Of a DNA stretch of 64,000 nt, positions 40,761 to 52,499 are shown in pieces (the stretch's first letter is position 1; every line of letters starts with the position of its first letter). The notes below the pieces were generated by a model. It was given only the letters and a program-made list of their open reading frames with translations, was not told where the DNA came from and ran no database searches. The position numbers and the translations under genes are program-made. Source of the stretch: Prorocentrum cordatum (Eukaryota); NCBI GenBank assembly GCA_963575745.1, contig CAUYUJ010000144.1:1-64000 (forward strand). The letters run 5' to 3'.

Positions 40761-40944
40761 CTTGTGGTCCGACATGTTTGTTCATGGCATGGCGACCGCT
40801 GCTAGTGCTGAGCCTCGGGTGCCACTTCAGTGGCGGGAGAGGTGGTGCAAGCGAGTGAGACAACTTGTGGCGATCTTGTTGCGGACTTCGACCCACTGAA
40901 ACCCCCTCCCCTCCCATGCCCATCCCCTGACGTCCCTCTCCGTA

Positions 40945-41750
40945 TCTCTCCTCCTCCCAACCTCTTCTCCTCCTCCTCCTCCTCCTCCTCCAACCTCCTC
41001 CTCCTCCAACACCCTCCAACCTCCTCCTCCTCCTCCTCCTCCTCCTCCTCCTCCTCCTCCTCCTCCCCTCCCCCTTCCCTCCTCCTCCTCCTCCTCCTCC
41101 TCCTCCTACACTCCTCCTCCAACCTCCTCCTCCCTCGTCCCCCACCTCGTCCTCCTCCTCCTCCTCCTCATCCTCCTCCTCCTCCAATTCCTCCTTCTCC
41201 TTCTCCTCCTCCAATTCCTCCTTCTCCTCCTCCTCCCATCCTCCTTCTCTATCTCCTCCTCCTCCTCCTCCTCCTCCTCCCTCCTCCTCCAACCTCCTCC
41301 TCCTCCTCCTCTGGTTTCTCCTCCTATGTTTTCCACCTCCTCCTCCTCCTCCTCCTCCTCCTCCTCCAACCTCCTCCTCCTCCAACCTCCTCCAACCTCC
41401 TCCTCCTCCTCCTCCTCCTCCTCCTCCTCCTCCTCCCCCTTCTCCTCCTCCTCCTCCTCCTCCTCCTCCTCCTCCTCCTCCAACCTCCTCCTCTCCAACC
41501 TCCTCCTCCTCGTCCTCCTCCACCTCGTCCTCCTTCCTCCTCCTCCTTCTCCTCTCCTCCTCCTCCTCCTTCTCCTCCTCCTCCTCCTCCTCCTTCTCTA
41601 TCTCCTCCTCCCTCCTCCTCCTCTCCTCCTCCTCCCTCCAACCTCCTCCTCCTCCTCCTCCTCCTCCTCCTCCTCCTCCTCCAACCTCCTCCTCCTCCTC
41701 CTCTGGTTTCTCCTCCTATGTTTCCACCTCCTTCTCCTCCTCCTCCCTTT
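40945..41750. repeat. (TCC)n microsatellite with internal duplication
   Basis: tcc runs; 'ctctggtttctcctcctatgttt(t)ccacc' duplicated near 41308 and 41701. Confidence 0.95.
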
Positions 41751-42709
41751 CCTTACCCCGCCCCGCGCACCCAACGCACGCCACTCTGGAGCGTCCATGC
41801 TGCCCCATGTGCCCTGGGGCGCGGAGCCCCACGCGTCTGCTCGGCCAAGGTACGGCGATACCTGGACACAGAGGAAGAGAGGTAGGAGGAAGAGGATGAG
41901 ACGGAGGACGAGACGGGGGAGGACGAGGAGGAGGAGGAGGAAGCCCTGCTGTGCTATGCCAAATATGCCTACATGTGTCCGAAACCATACATGATTGCAA
42001 TCATGCTGGCCCGAGGCCTTAACAATGGTGGCCGACTGGTCCTTGTACTTGGGGGCGCCCTCGGCCAGACACGCTGGTGAAGCATGAGGTCTTGGGCAAA
42101 CTGGAACCAGAAGCACTGTAGGACGAACAACGGCTGTTGCATACGAATGTTGCCAACACCGTGTAAGCTACACCACCTGGAAGATCCCAATACTGGTTCC
42201 AATGGGCCTGGACGGGGACCCTATCTTGGGATCGGGAGGCCCTGCGCCAAATCAGGATTCAATGCTACTACGTTCGGCGCCAGTCGAGTAACTTCAATTT
42301 CGTGTGCGGTAATTCTGCTGCCCCTGAATGCAAGTAGGCGCGTGTTGCAATATTTTCGAATGTGAACCAACGTAGGCGGTATTCACGCGCAAGAAAGGCA
42401 TTCTGGCTAAGGACATGAGTTAGCCCGCGTGACCAGGCCAAACAATAATCTGAAAATTGGCTATCGCCTCCAATATGCTGTGTCGACTAAAACACAGTTT
42501 GGGTACCGCAGTCATTTCGGCAACAGACTCTCAAACGCATCTTGCCCAGTGCAAAGAGCGGCGCAAGTTCGGTGGGAAACCATTGACAAGAAGCACGACA
42601 CAAAATTTCACAGAGCAGCGAAGCTGAAAACCCTCACGCCAACGCACAAATGCTTGAGCGTTCACGCAGCCGAGAATCCCGCTGTGCCCATATGACAGAG
42701 CCATGACTC

Positions 42710-43591
42710 TCACTTGCCGCGGAACTTCTCTCCAGCACCAATCGGTACCTTCTCCACGAAATCGTAAGCATCGCTCGTCTCTCCACCTAGATCCGGAGGC
42801 AGCATGGACAGGTCATCGAGGCCTGAATGCGAGCGCAAGCCTTCATCAAACTGCTTGCCAAGTATAGTGATCTTCCGCTGGATGAGTGGGGAGAGCCATG
42901 GTCGCACCAGCTTGAAGAGCTGCACGGCGGCCCACGGAGCTTGAACAACTGTCACTGTGGCCATTATTTCAGGCCAATGGCCCTCCAGGATCAGCACAAT
43001 ACGTCGAAGGATCGGCAGAAATCGCAGGTTGGTGATGGAAAAACCACCACTATCAATGACCAGATGGGCCCGAACCAAGCGTCCAGCTTTGTAGGAGGCT
43101 GCACGGGAGGTCTGCATTATGTCTTCAAGATGAGCTACAAATGCACGTATTAAAACATCAACTAAGCCTTCCCTCACGATGCCTGGGTAATCGATCTCAC
43201 CAACTCGCCACAGCAGAATAGGAGCTCCATCACCAGGAGCCGTGGAATTCAAACGCTTGAAGATTGCGAAACGATTGGCAAGCTGCGCTTCAGCCGAAAC
43301 TGGATGTTGCTGCCAATTCCAATACCTGACGTCATTGATGCGCGCGCCATCTCTAGTGTATTTCTCAAAGCTGCTGTAACCAGCCATGATGCCTTGAATA
43401 TCAAATTCAGCTCGCCAAGCATTAGTTTCTCGATACATTTTGGCTGCCGCGCCAACGTCTTTTGAACGGCAGTTGTAGAAGCGCAGGAGGGACAAGGGAT
43501 CGGACAACGGCTCGCTTCCATTCGCCCCCACCATATCTGCCAGGAGAGCAACACCTTCAGCATCTGCCTCTGGAACCCCAGCCGCGACCAT
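42710..43591 (-). CDS. Sec14-like CRAL-TRIO lipid-binding protein, uninterrupted CDS
   Basis: Non-repetitive ORF with LLRFY..R..DV..A..M......WR (CRAL-TRIO N), G.PI, VID..GF, HWPE......VV.APW.....FKLVRPWL.P..Q.KI.ILG, LP.DLGG motifs; start taken at ATG 43591 (ORF is open to 43813). Confidence 0.9.
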   Translation of the reverse strand: MVAAGVPEADAEGVALLADMVGANGSEPLSDPLSLLRFYNCRSKDVGAAAKMYRETNAWRAEFDIQGIMAGYSSFEKYTRDGARINDVRYWNWQQHPVSAEAQLANRFAIFKRLNSTAPGDGAPILLWRVGEIDYPGIVREGLVDVLIRAFVAHLEDIMQTSRAASYKAGRLVRAHLVIDSGGFSITNLRFLPILRRIVLILEGHWPEIMATVTVVQAPWAAVQLFKLVRPWLSPLIQRKITILGKQFDEGLRSHSGLDDLSMLPPDLGGETSDAYDFVEKVPIGAGEKFRGK

Positions 43592-43664
43592 GCCTTCAGC
43601 ATGAATAGCCTCTAGCCTGAGGCGCGTGCAGGTCAAACGACCAGGCACAAGGCGTCGACCTAGA

Positions 43665-43692
43665 CCTGCACCAATACAAAAAAGATGAAACT
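43665..43692 (-). promoter_or_regulatory. Putative (trans-)splice acceptor upstream of the CRAL-TRIO CDS
   Basis: Minus strand tttcatcttttttgtattggtgcag|G, about 74 nt before ATG 43591. Confidence 0.45.
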
Positions 43693-44888
43693 GTCCAGAC
43701 CGAGGAATCATATTGAAAAACAGGATGCATGTCAAGACTGCGCAGTTTATGCATCGTCGCCGCTGCGTACGACAATAGAGAGACGAACACTTCCCAGCCA
43801 TGACAAAGCACAACTTCCCCCCACACCAAATTTACTCGATGATGAACGCGCTGACTTACTGACAACCTCCAGCGCTTGCCTGTGTGCAGCACCGATGGAA
43901 TCACAGTGATCAATGTACAATGTAGCCCGTCCTGATCCAAGAAATGGCAGCTTGCATACTGACTGGGGTTTGGATCGACCCTGTTGAGACAGGGATGAGA
44001 ATGAAAAAGGGCACGATATGGGAACTGGCATTCATTGTTTGTCTACTGTGCAAAGCTTGCCAGGGAGCCCCTGCGGAGCCTTCGCATGTCTTTCGGCAGA
44101 GGAAAGAAACACCTTCCGAGTCCTCCAGTTGGCGCTTCCGCGCACGACAAGTTCGTGTCGTGTCGACCCCAGCGCTGGTTTCTGACACTGCGTGGATCCT
44201 TCAACCTTGAACGATCGGCGGTTTCGATCGCCCGATCTTTCCATGTAGGCCGATTCTGGGCCACTGGCGGCGTTCAACCTTGAACGTCCGCGACGGCGTC
44301 GCCGCCCGTCGACACGACGCGAACCTACAGTAATGATCAAATATTTCAGAAGCCTTTCTGCGAAGCCTCCGGACGTACCCCCACATGGCAGTGACACGTC
44401 TGCCGAAAACCCTGGGGTGCCTCTCCGCAAAACAGTGAAACATTTGCCAAGCCATCTCCGACAAGGTGGAACAAGCGCTTCCCCGACAAGGTGTGAACCA
44501 TATGCCGGGTCTTTTCAGTGCGCCCTCGCATATGAACGAAGAGAAAACCCCAAGCGAAACCAATGTTCCAGGGAAGTCCTTCTGAAGGACTTGATGATTC
44601 AGTATCAAAGCCCGATCAAGCACTGAAGAAAGCTTTGGCGGGCGTGGTCTCGCAAGCCCGGCTGGGCCACCACATTTTGCTCGCTACTTCAAGAAAGAAA
44701 CAGTCTCCCTCTCTCTCTCTTTCGCTCTCTGTCTCTGTCTCTGTCTCCGTCTCTGGCTCTGGCTCTGGCTCTATCTCTCTCTCTCTCTATCTTTCTGTCT
44801 GCTGCCGTCTGGAGGCTATCCTGGGCGATTGGCCACTCGGGTTCCTCTCTCTCTCTCTCTCTCTTTTTCTCCCTCTCTACTTCTCGCG

Positions 44889-44922
<34 letters not shown>

Positions 44923-47900
44923 GGTCGCGCAGCAGCGGCAGCGGCGGCGGTAGGCGTGGCTGGCAATGCCAGAGGCAGCGGCAGGGGTGGCGGCGGTGGC
45001 GGCGGCTCTCGCAGCAGTGGCAGTGGCAGCGGCAGCCGCGGCGGTCGTGCTTGTGGGGGCCTCAGGGCTTCGGAGGCACAACAGAGGGTCGCAAATGGGG
45101 ATGTCTTGGCTCTGCGCAGGGCGTCCCCTGCACGGCGCTCATGTGCCTAAATTCCACGTTCCCGGCGTGTGCAAAGCCCCCATCGAGATTAAACCGCTTT
45201 ACTTGCACAGGATGCTTTCTACAGGGATTTCCGTTGCAGTTGGAGGAGGAGGAGGAGGAGGAGGAGGAGGAGGAGGAGGAGGTTAGAGGGAGGACAGGGG
45301 GATGCAAAGTGGAAATGAGAGGGACGGGGAGGGGCAGGGCGGAGGAAAGGAGTGATGAAGGGGGATCACCGAGGCGGGGAGGAAGATGGAGGGGGCAGGA
45401 GGGCGAATGTACGAGGTAGAGACTAGGAGGCAAGAGACGGAGGAAGCGGGCGAGAGGAGGGAATGGAGGAAACTACACACTCGCAGTGTGGAGTAGGGTT
45501 GGGTGAGGGAGAAGGCGGAGGCAAGATGGACATGAAGAAGGAGGGCGCATGATAGAGAGAGGATGCGAAGTGAGAGAGAAAAGGGTGCTGATGGGTGGGA
45601 TGTGTAAGGATGAGAGAAGAGAAGAAAAAGGAGGATAATGAGGAGGAGAATGAGGAGGAAAAGGAGGAGGAGCGGGAGGAGGAGGAGGAGGAGAAGGAGG
45701 AGGAGAAGGAGAAGGAGAAGGAGGAGGACGAGGAGAAGGAGGAGAAAGAGGATTAGGATGAAGAGAAGTGAAGGGGAGAGTGTTTTCATACCCGTGTCTT
45801 CGATTTGAGGCGTGCAAAAGGTATCTTGTAGTTTCTACGGGGGCCGCCTGAGACCTCTTGGATGTCTGTTCGGGTCTCTGGAGAAGCCTCCAGGCAGTAT
45901 TTCTGAGTCCTCTCGGGGCGCCTCTCGGGGCCTATTTTGGGCCTCTTGGCTCCTATTGGGAATCCTCGAGGGCCTGCTGGCGGTCTTCGGGGTCCTCTTG
46001 GGGCGGAAGCCTCGAAACGTCGGTAATTCCCCCCCTGGGCGCCTTCTTGGGCGGTCCTGGGTGCCTCTTGGGCAATCTTGAGGCCCTCTTGCTTTTGGGC
46101 CGTCTTGGGGCCCTCTTGGGGACCTCTCGGGCCGTCGTGGGGCTTTCTTGGGGGCCTCTTGGGCCGTCTTGGACACTGTCAAAATCAAAAAAGCGAATTC
46201 GCTAAACATGCGCTTTTCCCTGAAAAAGAATCGGACGATGTATGCCTCTTCGGGTCCTCTTGGGGGTCCTCTTGGAGCCGTCTTGGGGCGTCGTGGGGCC
46301 TCCTGGGGCGTCGCGACGCCACCTGGGGTCGTCCAGACACCAGCTTGGCCCGTCTGTGACCTATTTGGAACCTGCCCTGAAGCTCTGGGGGGACTGGGGA
46401 AGCTCCGGGAAGGCTCAGCAGGTGGCCACATGTGGACCCCACCCCCGCCCCCCACGGTTTCTAGAGGGGGGGCAGGGGGGCAGGGTTCGCATGTGGCCAC
46501 CCACTCAGGGGAGGCCCCGCGGAGGCCCCCGGGGGGGAGGGGAGGGGGAACTTCGTGTTATGCAGGTGCCCCTGGTGACCTTCGGCCCTGGGGACCCCCC
46601 GGGCCCAGGTGCCTGGTACATGAGAGAGTTCCGAGTGCTTTGCAGATCACTGTTTCCGAGCTCTGGCTGGTCATGCGTGGGACCCTCGCAGAAAAGGAAC
46701 TCCTGGACTAGGGTTCCAACTTTCTAGATTCAATGGTAAAGTGCCCAGCCGACAAGAAGCCTTCTAGACCTTCTAGATTCAATGATCAAGGGCTCAGCCG
46801 AGAGGGAGCCGAAGAACAGGCCCCCAAAGACCACAGGTAGTACTCGGGAACTATATTCTTATGCCCGACTGAGGGTGAACCCAAAAACGGCGAGAGCACG
46901 ATACTGTTCCCATGCAAGCCCAAATGCTCAAAAAGGTCTGGAACACGGTGCCGTTGCCATTTTTGCGAAGTCAGGCTATCAAAAAGTCCCGGAACACAAC
47001 CACCCGTCTTGCAAATCCTGGTGCTAGACCAAATTCTAAAGAAAAACGAAGGTGACATGTGCCACTTTCGATGGAAGCAAAGCCACTAAACATACATTAC
47101 CATGTCAATGCTGCGAAATTCCGATGCTCACGAAGGGCCTGGAGCATGATAGTGATACCTATATTTGTGAGTTTAATTGTAAGCAAAACAAGACGTGAAA
47201 CTTCAAAACTCAGGTGCAAACGACATGCACGAAGCACGATGTCGTAGTCATGTTTGCAACCTTCGATGTTAAAAACTAGCGCAGAGCATGATACTGCGGC
47301 CTGATCTAAATCCCCCATTCTTTTACCAGCCTGAACCTGAAACACAGTAACGTCGCCATTTTTGCACCTCCCAGCGCTCAAAACAAGCGAAACATATTAT
47401 GATTACGCTCTTTCCAATTTCAAATTCGCATGTTCGCAAATGGCTTGGAGCACGATCGTGATGCCGATTTTGCAATGTCATGCTAAACGCAAGCGGAACC
47501 AATGATAGCGTTGTCTTCTTCAAATATCAGAAGCAAGAATCACAGGACACCACTCCTTGGGCCCACCCCTGGCACCCACGGAAGCAGAGCCGGACACTGA
47601 GAACCATATGCCACCGCCTCTGCCAGGAAAACCATAAATTTATAGAAGTCTACCACCAAAAGCTGCAATGATTGAAAAGTAACGGGCAATTGCGCAACTA
47701 AGCGCGCAAACTCTAGACCCTAGACCTCTAAGAATTTCAAGCTTCCTTGTTAACAGGTGTGCCGTCAGGGTACGACTGCGCAGGAAGACTTCCCAGTCAT
47801 CTCCCAATGACCCGCTGCCTGAAGCAAGAGAGCTGTGCCAGTTTAGGGACATGCACTACACAAGGGCGCCAGCGCACACCAGGGGTGTCACCTCTAGTAC

Positions 47901-49058
47901 TTCCATTCGCCAGGACGGCGTCAGAGCACAAGCGGAGTGGTATTTGGGCACATTTCATTCGCCAGCATAGAGCGTCAGAGCATCAAAAGGGCTAAACAAT
48001 TTCTTATATTCGCCAGCCAGGATGGAGCCGGAACGCAAGAATGATGACTATTTTGAAGCTCGAGTCTCTATTTCCAAACTCCTCGGAAAAGCCTTCCTGG
48101 GGTCCCTCCAGCTGGGCCCAGAAAACACAAGTTTCAAATTTGGGTCGTAGTGCAGGAATGCCTCTGTTTTGGGGCTTGATCTTTTCCATCAGTTTCCCGC
48201 TGGCCACGATGGCGCTGAGCAAGCACAGCGGGTGCACACAACTTTGGTACATGTGCTATCCAAAACTGCGCTGGATCACGAGATGGGCAACATCTCGAAT
48301 GCTTTCAACCACCAAAACCAAAATGAAGTTGAATCATGTAAGCCATGCTTTTTGAAACCTCGCTGGCCACAGCTGCACCGAAACACAGAAGACGCTGCAT
48401 GCTTAGTACTCCCACTCGCCGTAAAACGCGGGAGGACGAAGAGTGTTTTTTGGGGTCGCCTACAGTCACCCCCCCCCCAAGTGGTCCATAGAGCATCTTT
48501 AGAACATGCCTACGGGATGGTCCATGAAAGTATGTGGAGGCGCCCTGCCAGAATTCGGCATTATCATATACGGTCTTATGACAATTGAAGCCGCCTTGTG
48601 AGGCCCCATCGCTCATTTTAAAAGACGTCGTATGGCCAAAGCCGAGTCCTACCTCGTTTCATGTAAGCTAAAACAGCGCAAGGGCAGTTCCGAGTTTGAC
48701 TCTACTTCCTCACTAACGACACCCCAGTGAGAAACACTCCCTTCCCACAATCACCCATAGTCTTAATCTTCCTCCCTTGGATTACTTGCAGGTCCCGGGG
48801 CCTCCACGTCTTGACCTGAGCGCATTGTAGACAGGATGCCGCAATATTGAAGACCTCATGGCAGCATGACCTCAACGTCTTGACGTTGCGTTTTCTAGAT
48901 GATTGCTGAATTTCACAGCGCTAACACAACAGTTTGACTGCTGCTCCGATGCTGTTATATGCATTTGATGGGAGTATCAATACCGAGAATTACCCAAGCG
49001 GTGTCCAATGATTTGCCCCCAGTGCTGTTCTGTTGCCCTCAGGTAGCACCCAAGAAGT

Positions 49059-49653
49059 CCGAACAACCCCCTACAAGCCCGAACAGTGCCTCAGACATTG
49101 CCTTGCCCATTGGGGACCCTCGGTGCCCCCCCCCAGAGGCCCCGAGGTGCCTCCGAGATGACCCGACAGAACTCCAAGATGGCTCCACTCCAAGGTGGCC
49201 ACAAGAGCCCACAGTTTGGTTCCCAGAAGCCCCAAGTTCGCCCGAAGACCACCCAATATTGTCGGCGGCGAGCCCAGGGGGAACGTGAGAAAGAGAAGGC
49301 CTTCTGAGAGGGCTCGAAAGTACCCCCGCCTTCTGAGAAGTTTTCTGAGCCTTCCCCGAAGACGCAGTAAACCTCTCAGAAGGCGCGGGGGCTTATGAGA
49401 AGTCCCGCCGCCTTCTGAGAAGGCCTGCTCTCCTTCTCGCTTTCCCCCTTCGCTCGCCGCCGACCAAGAGCCCGCAATATTGTTCCCAGACGCCCGAACC
49501 ATATTGTGGGTTCTTGGGGCCATCTTGGACTGGAGCCATCTTGGAGTCCTGTTGTGTCATCTTGGAGGCACCTCGGGGCCCCTGGGGGGGCCACCTAGGG
49601 CCCGCAATGGGCAACATAGGAAGCAATGTTCGGGCTTGCAGGGGCTCGGTCGG
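49059..49653. mobile_element. Fold-back / MITE-like element with ~200-bp imperfect inverted arms around a TTCTGAGAAGG core
   Basis: Left arm 'caagcccgaaca...ttgcccattg...ggccccgaggtgcctcc.agatgac...actccaagatggctcca' is the reverse complement of 49495-49653; the core is related to 9530-9710. Confidence 0.75.
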
Positions 49654-49673
49654 AGCTTCTCGAGGCGACCTGA

Positions 49674-50015
49674 GGCTCCAAGTTCGCCCGAAGACCACCT
49701 GAGATTGGCCCCAACAACGCCCGCTCACGTCTCCAGACCCCACGGGCCCCACGCCACGAGCCCAGCATAGTGGGGGGGGCCCACCAACGGGGCTCCAAGT
49801 TCGCCCGAATACCACCCGAGATTGGCCCCAACAACGCCCTCGCTCACGTCTCCAACTTCACGGGCTCCAAGCCTCGAGCCCAGCAGAGTGGGGGGGGGGC
49901 CCACCAGGCTCCAAGTTCGCCCGAAGACCACCTGAGATTGGCCCCAACAAAGCCTTCGCTCACGTCTCCAACCCCACGGGCTCCAAGCCACGCGCCCAGC
50001 AGAGCGGGGGGCCCA
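49674..50015 (+). repeat. Three tandem ~117-bp units
   Basis: 'ggctccaagttcgcccgaa.accacc.gagattggccccaacaa' at 49674, 49791, 49907. Confidence 0.9.
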
Positions 50016-50579
50016 CCGTCAGACTGCGACGCCCTTGAAGGTTAGACATGCGTGCGGGGTGTGTGTGCTGCATATGATGCGGCTTCGATCCCTCCCTCTA
50101 TGCATCTTTCCCTGCTTCGCCCCTGTGTCTCCACTTATCGATTCGCTCCTCGATCTTCCCTCCATTCATTCGCCCCTCGATCTTCCCTCCATTTATCCAG
50201 ATCTCTCTGTATCGCTGTCTCCCTACCTCCCTGTCTCTCCACTCACTCGCTTCCTTGCTTTCCGTCCCCTCTCTCTCTCTCGCTATCCCTCTCTGTCTGT
50301 GTTCCCCCAGATCGCTGTCCCGATAACTCCTGCTGGCAAGATGTCTAACCCACACGAGTCGTGCTCGTCAGATCAGGAGAAGACGCAAATGGACGCAACA
50401 CATTTGTGCACAAGCAGACCGTGTATTTTTCGGGCAAAGAGTTACGTCACACTTGCCCTGGGTGCATCGGAGAAGCACCGTACAATCGCAATGTCGCAGT
50501 ACCAAGCCCTGACGACTCATAAACAAGTCCTACGACCAGCGGAGAATCGGTTGGCAATTGCACGCGTTATTACTACATC

Positions 50580-50735
50580 CCTCTCCTCGAAGTCAAGCGC
50601 AGGTTTTTTTCCACGACATGGCGACGACTCTGGACCCCCACTGTCAATGCTGCAGCGCTGCGCGCGTCCATCAGCATTGCAATTCGGGGGCGAGGGGGTC
50701 GGATCAAAACTTGCGTTTGACTTCGAGGAGGGTTG
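50580..50735 (-). repeat. Dispersed repeat (family D), inverted relative to the copy at 9835-10030
   Basis: Shared 'caaccctcctcgaa.tcaaacgcaagttttga.ccgacc.cgcccccgaatt..aatg..gatggacgcgcgcagcg'. Confidence 0.8.
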
Positions 50736-50829
50736 CAGGGTTAGGTCGGGCATGTCGCCCTGCAAGGGGACTTTGGGCGAAAATTCAAGACGAGTCGGGC
50801 TGAGCGGCTTGCAGAGGGACAGGCCCGAC

Positions 50830-50891
50830 TTTGTTGCAGGGCCACTCGAGATCGAGGTGCCTCCACCTCGCCCCGCGCAAGCCCGTCGAAC
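50830..50891 (-). CDS. Asp/Asn beta-hydroxylase-family gene, exon (G)STGLRGARWRHLDLEWPCNK
   Basis: tgcag|GT acceptor (alternatives at 50897 and ~50866), AAA|gt donor in phase with exon 33563; fits the L-x-x-x-x-W-x-x-x-x-L segment. Confidence 0.6.
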
Positions 50892-51209
50892 CTGCACCTG
50901 CGATCGAGACCTGGCCCACGAGCGAGCAGTCCCGAAACGGTGCGGTGACAGAGCGTGCGGCGACCTCGAACCCCCCCAAGACCTCACCGCACGGTCCGTC
51001 ACCGCACGGTCTTGGGACCCCAGAGGCCCCTGTCGCCCGAGACGTCCTCGGAAAACGACCCGAGTCCCAAAACCGTGCGGTGACCCCGAATCCCCACCGA
51101 CTCACCGCACGGTGTGGTCACCACCCCGTTTGGGGGGCCCTGGACAGAGCAAGGGGCAGGATAAGGAATGCACCGGCAGCGCATCGCCAGGTTCGAATCG
51201 AGAGCGACT

Positions 51210-51297
<88 letters not shown>

Positions 51298-51416
51298 GTC
51301 ATCATCATCATCATCATCATCACCATCAGCATCATCATCATCATCATCATCATCATCGTCATCATCATCATCACCATCATCATCAATCATCATCAACCAT
51401 CATCATCATCATCAAT

Positions 51417-51448
<32 letters not shown>

Positions 51449-51456
51449 GCATCATC

Positions 51457-51517
<61 letters not shown>

Positions 51518-51529
51518 CACATATATACA

Positions 51530-51562
<33 letters not shown>
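51210..51562. repeat. (ATC)n and (AG)n microsatellites
   Basis: Directly visible. Confidence 0.95.
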
Positions 51563-51563
<1 letters not shown>

Positions 51564-51581
51564 TCGCTCGCAAGCGCTCGC

Positions 51582-51729
51582 CTTCCTGGGGCCACTGAGC
51601 AAACTCGCTGCACTCCTTGGTGCGGTGCCCAGTGTCCCAAGCCTTCGAAGCGAATACTTCCATCCACCCCAAACTGGAAGCCAGCACATCCATCGGATTC
51701 TGAAACATCCGACGCGGAGGTTTTGAGCC
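51582..51729 (-). CDS. Asp/Asn beta-hydroxylase-family gene, two candidate micro-exons: (W)AQNLRVGCFRIR (51729-~51693) and ECSEFAQWPQE(G) (51615-51582)
   Basis: Both have AG|G acceptors; the spacing fits PW-x3-L-x6-IR-x-E; the junction between them is not resolved with a standard donor. Confidence 0.45.
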
Positions 51730-51765
51730 CTCGGTGCGTTTGTACGCTGGCAAGGTCAACAAATC

Positions 51766-51799
<34 letters not shown>

Positions 51800-51878
51800 C
51801 TATGTTTGTTTCTCTCTCTCTCTCTCTATATATATATGAGAAAAAGACAGAGAGAGAAAACAAAAATAATAAACAAAG

Positions 51879-51916
<38 letters not shown>

Positions 51917-51987
51917 AAAGAGAGGCCAACAACGAACGCAGAGCCTCGCGCATGAACGTGCCGGCATGCCTTGCCAAGCCGCCGCAC

Positions 51988-52037
51988 CACGGGTGGTCGG
52001 CTGGGTCGTGGAAGGGCCGCTCTGGAATCAGGCCCTC
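51988..52037 (-). CDS. Asp/Asn beta-hydroxylase-family gene, exon EGLIPERPFHDPADHP(W)
   Basis: cgcag|G acceptor, TG|gt donor; matches the GL-x-x-x-P-[WF]-x-D-x-x-x-x-PW motif that precedes the catalytic domain. Confidence 0.72.
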
Positions 52038-52499
52038 CTGCGCCCACGCCCGCGCCAGAAAATCTACAGGGACAACACGAAGAGGGGGTGGGGAAGGAAG
52101 GGTAAGTGCGGGGAGGAGGAGGAGGAGGAGGAGGAGGAGGAGGCGGAGGAGGAGGAGGAGGAGACTCTGGAGACTCTGCTTGATCGCGTAGCGATATGAT
52201 GATGGGAATCCGGTGGCACCTACTGAGGTGCCTGTTGCTTCCCCCCTCGCTGGAAAGTCTCAGCTTTGCTGAGCGCTTTGGGCCACGACCCCAGTGCAAT
52301 TCGACGCCAATGCTCCCGCCCAGTGGCGGTGGGTGTTTCACATGCGGCGGCTAGCTTCCCAATCTGCTGTCAGGCGTACATCCCGCACGCGGAACAAAAT
52401 CAAACTTCCAGTCCAGCGTGGGACCTAGCTTGATGGGTTATGTGAATGCTACCCCCTGCAACATGTATCTGCTTACCCAGGGGCGGCCTCATATAAGTA

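Noticed and set aside
40364..40858. Collagen-like Gly-X-Y protein
   Set aside because: Arises from a 9-bp minisatellite that reads similarly on both strands; also present near 21810-21900
43592..43813. N-terminal extension of the CRAL-TRIO ORF
   Set aside because: Starts at a non-ATG codon, is not protein-like, and crosses a pyrimidine-rich acceptor at 43665; probably intron or 5' UTR
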